Assembly: GCF_000014265.1 (NCBI RefSeq)
Contig: NC_008312.1
Span: forward strand, 5,040,001-5,072,000
DNA from: Trichodesmium erythraeum IMS101
GTDB taxonomy: Bacteria; Cyanobacteriota; Cyanobacteriia; Cyanobacteriales; Microcoleaceae
Direction: 5' to 3'
Length of the DNA: 32,000 nucleotides
Shown in pieces: positions 27,718 to 32,000 of this stretch; the first letter of the stretch is position 1; each line of letters starts with the position of its first letter. Both the position numbers and the translations under genes were made by a program. The notes under the pieces are model-generated. The model searched no databases. It was not told the DNA's origin and saw only the letters and a list, made by a program, of their open reading frames with translations.

Positions 27718-28306
27718 GTGCGACTCGCTGGCCACTAAACCAGGAAACTGGGTATAAATGGCCGTTCTAAATCAATACATGGGACACCCCGATTTGGAAT
27801 AACTCTTATTACCTTGATAGTGTAATTCTATCCACCTTGTTGTTGGGTTGACAGCATAGGCCACAGGGTAGCGACTGAACATCAATCCCTGAAGCTGGTC
27901 TAAAAGCGGGAAAATACCAGTTACCGAGGAACGATACCGCAAGCAAAGGTTGACAAGTGGACGAACAGGAAGGTAATTAAACTCTCGTAAATTGAAACTG
28001 TTCCCAAGGTAGCTATGGGATGTAGGACGAAAGTCAGAGGGTCAATGGACATAATTATTAGTTCGATTATGTCAACAACCATATTAATCCCTCCGGGAGA
28101 TTTTACCCCACTAAATCAATCGTAATAAAGGAATAAGGGAACGAGGAAACCTCTTTAAGACACCTAAGTAAATAGGTCGAAAGCTTAGGAAGCCATTCAA
28201 GGTTAATCTACACAAAGTTGTAGGTCTTAAGGAGAGTAGGATTGAGTAAGAAGCATATTATGCAGACGTACTCACTGTTAGACGTAATATAGAGTAATGA
28301 TTAGTC

Positions 28307-30214
28307 ATGAATAAAGCTGAAATACTAAAAAGAAAATTGGACAATCCAAGGCCCTTTTCAAGTGTGGCATGGGACACGTACGATATACCTAACCAGGTTT
28401 GTGTTAATCCCAATCTCAAATGGAAAGACATCAACTGGAAAAAGGTAGAAAAGTATGTGTTTAAGTTACAAAAGTTAATCTATAGAGCATCCAGCCGTGG
28501 CGAAATCCGCAAAATGCGTAAATACCAAAAACTTCTGACCAAAAGTTATTATGCAAGGTTGCTAGCTGTTAGGCGTGTGACTCAGGACAACCAGGGAAAG
28601 AAAACTGCTGGTATAGATGGTATAAAAAGCCTTCCCCCAATGCAGAGGTTGAACCTGGTAGAAATGTTAGGGTCACGATTTCTTAAAGCAAGCCCAACCC
28701 GTAGAGTCTGGATACCAAAACCAGGTAGAGAAGAAAAACGTCCACTAGGCATACCCACTATGTATGATAGGGCACTTCAAGCACTGGTAAAGTTAGGCAT
28801 GGAACCAGAATGGGAAGCACTTTTTGAACCTAATAGTTATGGTTTTAGACCAGGACGGTCAACATACGATGCTATTGCAGCAATCTATGTCAGTATTAAC
28901 CACAAACCAAAATATGTTTTAGATGCTGACATATCCAAATGTTTTGACCGAATTAACCATGATGCACTGTTGGGAAAAATAGGAAAATCCCCATATAGAA
29001 AATTAGTTAAACAATGGCTAAAATCCGGGGTATTTGACAATAAACAATTCTCAAACACTGTGGAAGGTACACCACAGGGAGGGGTAATATCACCCTTGCT
29101 AGCAAACATCGCCCTACACGGTATGGAAAAATGCCTAGAAGATTATGCAGAAACCCTCCCAGGGACAAAGCGTGATAATCAAAGAGCATTATCCTTAATA
29201 CGATATGCCGATGACTTTGTAATCCTACATAAAGACATCAAAGTATTGTTACAAGCAAAAACTGTAATACAGGAATGGTTAAACCAAGTAGGGTTAGAAC
29301 TAAAACCAGAAAAAACCAAAATTGCCCACACTCTGGAAGAATATGAAGGAAATAAACCCGGATTTGACTTTCTAGGATTTACAATAAGGCAATGGAAAGG
29401 TAAGACAACCAAACAAGGATTCAAAACACTGATTAAGCCATCATCTAAGAGTATTAAAACTCATTATCGGAAGCTGGCGGATATAGGTGACACCTACAAA
29501 ACCGTCCCTACAAAAGCTCTAATAGCTAAACTTAATCCGGTAATTAGAGGATGGGCCAACTACTTTTCCACCGTAGTCAGTAAAGAGGTATATAATAAAT
29601 TAGACTACCTTCTATGGGAAAGATTATGGAGATGGGCAAGTAGACGGCATCCAAACAAGTCAGCCAAATGGGTCAAGAATAAGTATTTTCCTCGCTGCAA
29701 AGTCACCAGAAACTGGTTACTTAACGACGGCGAATATATACTTAACCAACACTCAGACGTTGCCATAAAAAGGCACGTCAAGGTAAAAGGCAATAAATCC
29801 CCTTATGACGGTGATTGGACTTATTGGAGTAGTAGAATCGGCAAACACCCAGGTGTAAGGAAAGAAGTCACAACGCTGTTAAAACGGCAAAAGAATAAAT
29901 GCGCATTTTGTGGACTAACCTTTAGATCAAATGACCTCATGGAAATAGACCATATAAAACCAAAGTCTGAAGGCGGTGATAACTCAATTAAAAACAAGCA
30001 ACTGTTACACCGACATTGCCACGATACTAAAACTGCTTTAGATAATAAAACATACACAAAACCTAAGTTACAGGATTTACCTGATGAATATCTATGGGTA
30101 AATGATATGTTAATTCTAAAACAGGGATGTACCTATGAAAAAGGACGTTTAGGAGAGAAGCCGGATGAGGTGAAAGTCTCACGTCCGGTTTTGAAGACGA
30201 GTCGGGTAAGGTAA
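28307..30214 (+). CDS. Group II intron-encoded protein: reverse transcriptase / maturase (X) / HNH endonuclease
   Basis: 635-aa ORF. RT blocks (RRVWIPKPG..EKRPLGIPTMYDRALQ, GFRPGRS, PQGGVISPLLANI, IRYADDFVI with YADD), X domain (RGWANYF), and HNH/zinc motifs (CAFCG...EIDHIKPKSEGGDN...LLHRHCHDTKT). Confidence 0.92.
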   Translation: MNKAEILKRKLDNPRPFSSVAWDTYDIPNQVCVNPNLKWKDINWKKVEKYVFKLQKLIYRASSRGEIRKMRKYQKLLTKSYYARLLAVRRVTQDNQGKKTAGIDGIKSLPPMQRLNLVEMLGSRFLKASPTRRVWIPKPGREEKRPLGIPTMYDRALQALVKLGMEPEWEALFEPNSYGFRPGRSTYDAIAAIYVSINHKPKYVLDADISKCFDRINHDALLGKIGKSPYRKLVKQWLKSGVFDNKQFSNTVEGTPQGGVISPLLANIALHGMEKCLEDYAETLPGTKRDNQRALSLIRYADDFVILHKDIKVLLQAKTVIQEWLNQVGLELKPEKTKIAHTLEEYEGNKPGFDFLGFTIRQWKGKTTKQGFKTLIKPSSKSIKTHYRKLADIGDTYKTVPTKALIAKLNPVIRGWANYFSTVVSKEVYNKLDYLLWERLWRWASRRHPNKSAKWVKNKYFPRCKVTRNWLLNDGEYILNQHSDVAIKRHVKVKGNKSPYDGDWTYWSSRIGKHPGVRKEVTTLLKRQKNKCAFCGLTFRSNDLMEIDHIKPKSEGGDNSIKNKQLLHRHCHDTKTALDNKTYTKPKLQDLPDEYLWVNDMLILKQGCTYEKGRLGEKPDEVKVSRPVLKTSRVR

Positions 30215-30234
30215 CTTACCTGGCTTAGTTTAAC
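30158..30234 (+). other. Group II intron catalytic domain V and branch-site domain VI
   Basis: DV is AAGCCGGAUGAGGUGAAAGUCUCACGUCCGGUUU, with the AGC triad, a 2-nt AC bulge and a GAAA tetraloop. DVI has a 10-bp helix GUCGGGUAAG/CUUACCUGGC with a GUAA loop. A lower helix leaves A30227 unpaired, 7 nt from the 3' splice site. Confidence 0.8.
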
Positions 30235-31044
30235 ATTTCTCAAAGAATTAAAGAAATCAAAAAACAAGGTGGTATCGTAGCAGTAAGTTTCACACCTGCG
30301 GGAGCACTAAAATATTGGAAAGTAATTGCCGAAGCTGCTGTAGACTTACTTTTTGTTCAAGCAACCGTTGTTTCAACTGCGTTTGTGTCAGATGAATCAG
30401 TAGAAAAGCTTGATTTAGTTAAGCTTTGTCAAGAAATGCCTATGCCTGTTGTTTTAGGCAACTGTGTTACTTATGAAGTGGCATTAAGTTTAATGAAAGC
30501 AGGAGCAGCAGGAGTATTAGTAGGTATTGGCCCTGGTGCAGCTTGTACATCTCGCGGTGTTTTAGGGGTTGGTGTTCCCCAAGTGACTGCAATAGCAGAC
30601 TGTGCAGCAGCACGAAATGATTACTATCAAGTAACTGGAAATTATGTCCCAGTTATTGCCGATGGGGGTTTAATTACTGGGGGTGATATTTGTAAATCTA
30701 TTGCTTGTGGTGCTGATGGAGTTATGATCGGTTCACCTATAGCTAGGGCGGCCGAGGCTCCAGGAGCTGGATATCATTGGGGTATGGCTACTCCTAGTCC
30801 AGTATTACCAAGGGGTACTAGGATTAAAGTAGGTACAACTGGAACTATAAAGCAAATTCTCTCTGGGCCAGCACAATTGGATGATGGCACTCATAATTTG
30901 TTGGGTGCTCTCAAAACTAGCATGGGAACTTTGGGAGCTAAGGACTTGAAGGAAATGCAACAGGTAGAAGTGGTCATTGCTCCTTCTTTATTAACTGAGG
31001 GTAAAGTTTATCAAAAAGCCCAACATTTGGGCATGGGTAAGTAG
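30235..31044 (+). CDS. GuaB3-type IMP dehydrogenase-related protein, exon 2 (269 aa)
   Basis: The frame is open from 30235 (ISQRIKEIKKQGGIVAVSFTPAGALKY...), the same phase as exon 1. It continues through ...VVLGNCVTYEVAL.LMKAGAAGVLVGIGPGAACTSRGVLGVG...ADGG..TGGDI.K..ACGAD.VM.GSP... to the stop at 31042-31044. Confidence 0.85.
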   Translation: MSQRIKEIKKQGGIVAVSFTPAGALKYWKVIAEAAVDLLFVQATVVSTAFVSDESVEKLDLVKLCQEMPMPVVLGNCVTYEVALSLMKAGAAGVLVGIGPGAACTSRGVLGVGVPQVTAIADCAAARNDYYQVTGNYVPVIADGGLITGGDICKSIACGADGVMIGSPIARAAEAPGAGYHWGMATPSPVLPRGTRIKVGTTGTIKQILSGPAQLDDGTHNLLGALKTSMGTLGAKDLKEMQQVEVVIAPSLLTEGKVYQKAQHLGMGK

Positions 31045-31319
31045 ATTTCTTTACTTAATAAAACTCAAGATATCTTGACAAAATTTGTGAAGTAGCTTTT
31101 AAATTTATCAATTACTCTGGAATTATCTGAAAGGAAGTGTCAGAATAGGGATAGGGAGACTCTTAAGAGTTTCCCTTCACTCCTCACACCACACTCCGCC
31201 CGGACCTTTTTAGTTTGGGCGGTTCCTTCATGAAAACAATTTTGTTAACAGGATTGAAAACCACAACATAGGAATGGTTTATTAACCATCAAAGCATTTA
31301 TCTATAAACATTTTAGCTT

Positions 31320-31488
31320 TTTTGATTTGAAAAAAAGTATCTTTTTTAAAGTCTAAAAAATTCACCTATATTAACATTTTTTGCATAATAATTGTAGAAA
31401 AATTCGGGAAAAATATATCCGAATATCTCTTATATGATTCCCATTTATCCTGACTCTCTACTCCCCAAAAATACTTTTTCAGCAAACC
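31320..31488. mobile_element. Possible second copy of the MITE-like element seen at 7178-7362
   Basis: The right end 31452-31488 (ACTCTCTACTCCCCAAAAATACTTTTTCAGCAAACC) matches 7327-7362 at about 30/36. The left end TTTGATTTGAAAAAAAGTAT is a degenerate inverted match to the right terminus. The left boundary is approximate. Confidence 0.3.
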
Positions 31489-32000
31489 TCAATTAGTTAA
31501 TATTTAGTTTTCCAAACCTTTAATAATTAGATTTATCAGAAGAATTTTTGGATAGTAATATAGTAGATTAGTTCTGCTTTTATCAGCTAAAAATCTGGTT
31601 TTTTTTCCCAGCTACGTACAACATATTACAAGTATTATTAAGTATAAATATCAAATAATACCTAGCCTAAACCTATGGGGTTAAACCCACATTTACCACG
31701 ATAATATTTTATATTTAACAACGAGAATATTTGAGTAATTACTTAGATTAATTTGAAAAATATTTAACTGTAATTTGTCATATTTTTCTCAAGAAAAAAG
31801 TGATAAAAAATTATCAAAAATGTCAGTATAAATAAGCAATTTATACCAATACAAATCAGTGTAAATCACACAACTTAATGAGTAAAATTAGGCTATAATA
31901 CTTGTTTAATAAGCATTTAACCTTAAAGCTTTAATTTAGATTATACAAACAACCCCTAACACCATACCTCCTTACTTTTAAATCTGGTGCCAATAGTTTG

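Larger units (their letters stand above)
27718..30234 (+). mobile_element. Group II intron (2517 nt) with intron-encoded RT-maturase-HNH protein
   Basis: 5' GTGCGAC at 27718. Domain V at 30158-30191. Domain VI helix at 30201-30224 (GUAA loop), bulged A at 30227, 3' end ...TTTAAC at 30234. RT ORF in domain IV. The flanking exons join in frame. Confidence 0.9.

Noticed and set aside
27364-27738. 124-aa ORF that looks like a truncated (pseudogenised) IMPDH-family gene, with a separate 219-aa C-terminal ORF at 30385-31044
   Set aside because: The apparent truncation is caused by the group II intron. The last 6 codons (VRLAGH) are intron sequence, and the downstream frame is open back to 30235. 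The two parts join in phase, so this is one split gene, not two fragments.
27823-27829. Perfect 7-nt complement (UAAUUCU) to the last 7 nt of exon 1 as EBS1
   Set aside because: It lies only about 106 nt into the intron, earlier than EBS1 is normally found in domain I. The 28059-28064 candidate fits the expected position better. Neither can be confirmed without a structure model.
28885-30057. Five minus-strand ORFs (28885-29109, 29007-29189, 29179-29424, 29605-29793, 29821-30057) antisense to the intron RT gene
   Set aside because: They are short and lie entirely within a well-supported CDS on the other strand. Their translations are low-complexity or hydrophobic with no motifs, typical of antisense shadow ORFs.
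28307-30214. Reverse transcriptase as part of a retron, DGR or other RT-based defence system
   Set aside because: The RT is flanked by unmistakable group II intron RNA features (GUGCG, domain V, domain VI with a branch A). It carries the maturase X and HNH domains. No template/variable repeat pair or msr/msd-like structure was seen.
31616-31629. GTA-N8-TAC (NtcA-type binding consensus)
   Set aside because: The consensus is short, palindromic and expected several times by chance in 32 kb of AT-rich DNA. No downstream gene lies within the window to give it context.

Overview
This is a visibly AT-rich cyanobacterial chromosomal segment. The HIP1 octamer GCGATCGC occurs at least 11 times by eye, STRR-like heptamer repeats are common, and coding density is low. 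No rRNA, tRNA or CRISPR array was recognised.

Core genes: bL25, a PfkB/adenosine-kinase-like gene, dapL, a Tat-signal metallophosphoesterase, a small glycine-zipper membrane ORF, an ABC1/UbiB kinase, a PP2C phosphatase overlapping anmK by 4 nt, mutS2, a SEDS (RodA/FtsW) gene, a VOC/glyoxalase gene, and a GuaB3-type IMPDH-family gene.

Group II intron: the GuaB3-type gene is split by a complete 2517-nt intron at 27718-30234. It has a GUGCG 5' end, canonical domain V, domain VI with a bulged A, and an RT-maturase-HNH ORF. Joining 27717 to 30235 restores a continuous 387-aa protein.

Accessory tract: about 8.3 kb (2491-10760) between the kinase gene and dapL is almost entirely decayed accessory DNA. 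It holds:
- a tnpB-only IS200/IS605 element with an amber stop, a frameshift and a RuvC Asp-to-Tyr change
- an IS1-family remnant
- a STAND (NB-ARC-like) NTPase pseudogene with an internal 126-bp tandem duplication
- two paralogous copies (one decayed) of a small PD-(D/E)XK-like gene
- an intact Rpn/YhgA-like plus DUF4351-like nuclease-family gene, followed by a decayed tandem partial copy carrying a MITE-like insertion

A second mobile patch (20025-21924) has degenerate IS630 and IS1 elements.

Best leads:
- a possible gene-within-gene small protein (strong internal SD-ATG) in the Rpn-like gene, next to an expanded 12-bp repeat
- a heptanucleotide microsatellite and about 50-aa insertion inside the MutS2 ATPase domain
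- the intron-split housekeeping-type gene

All family assignments come from reading the translations. No database search was run.
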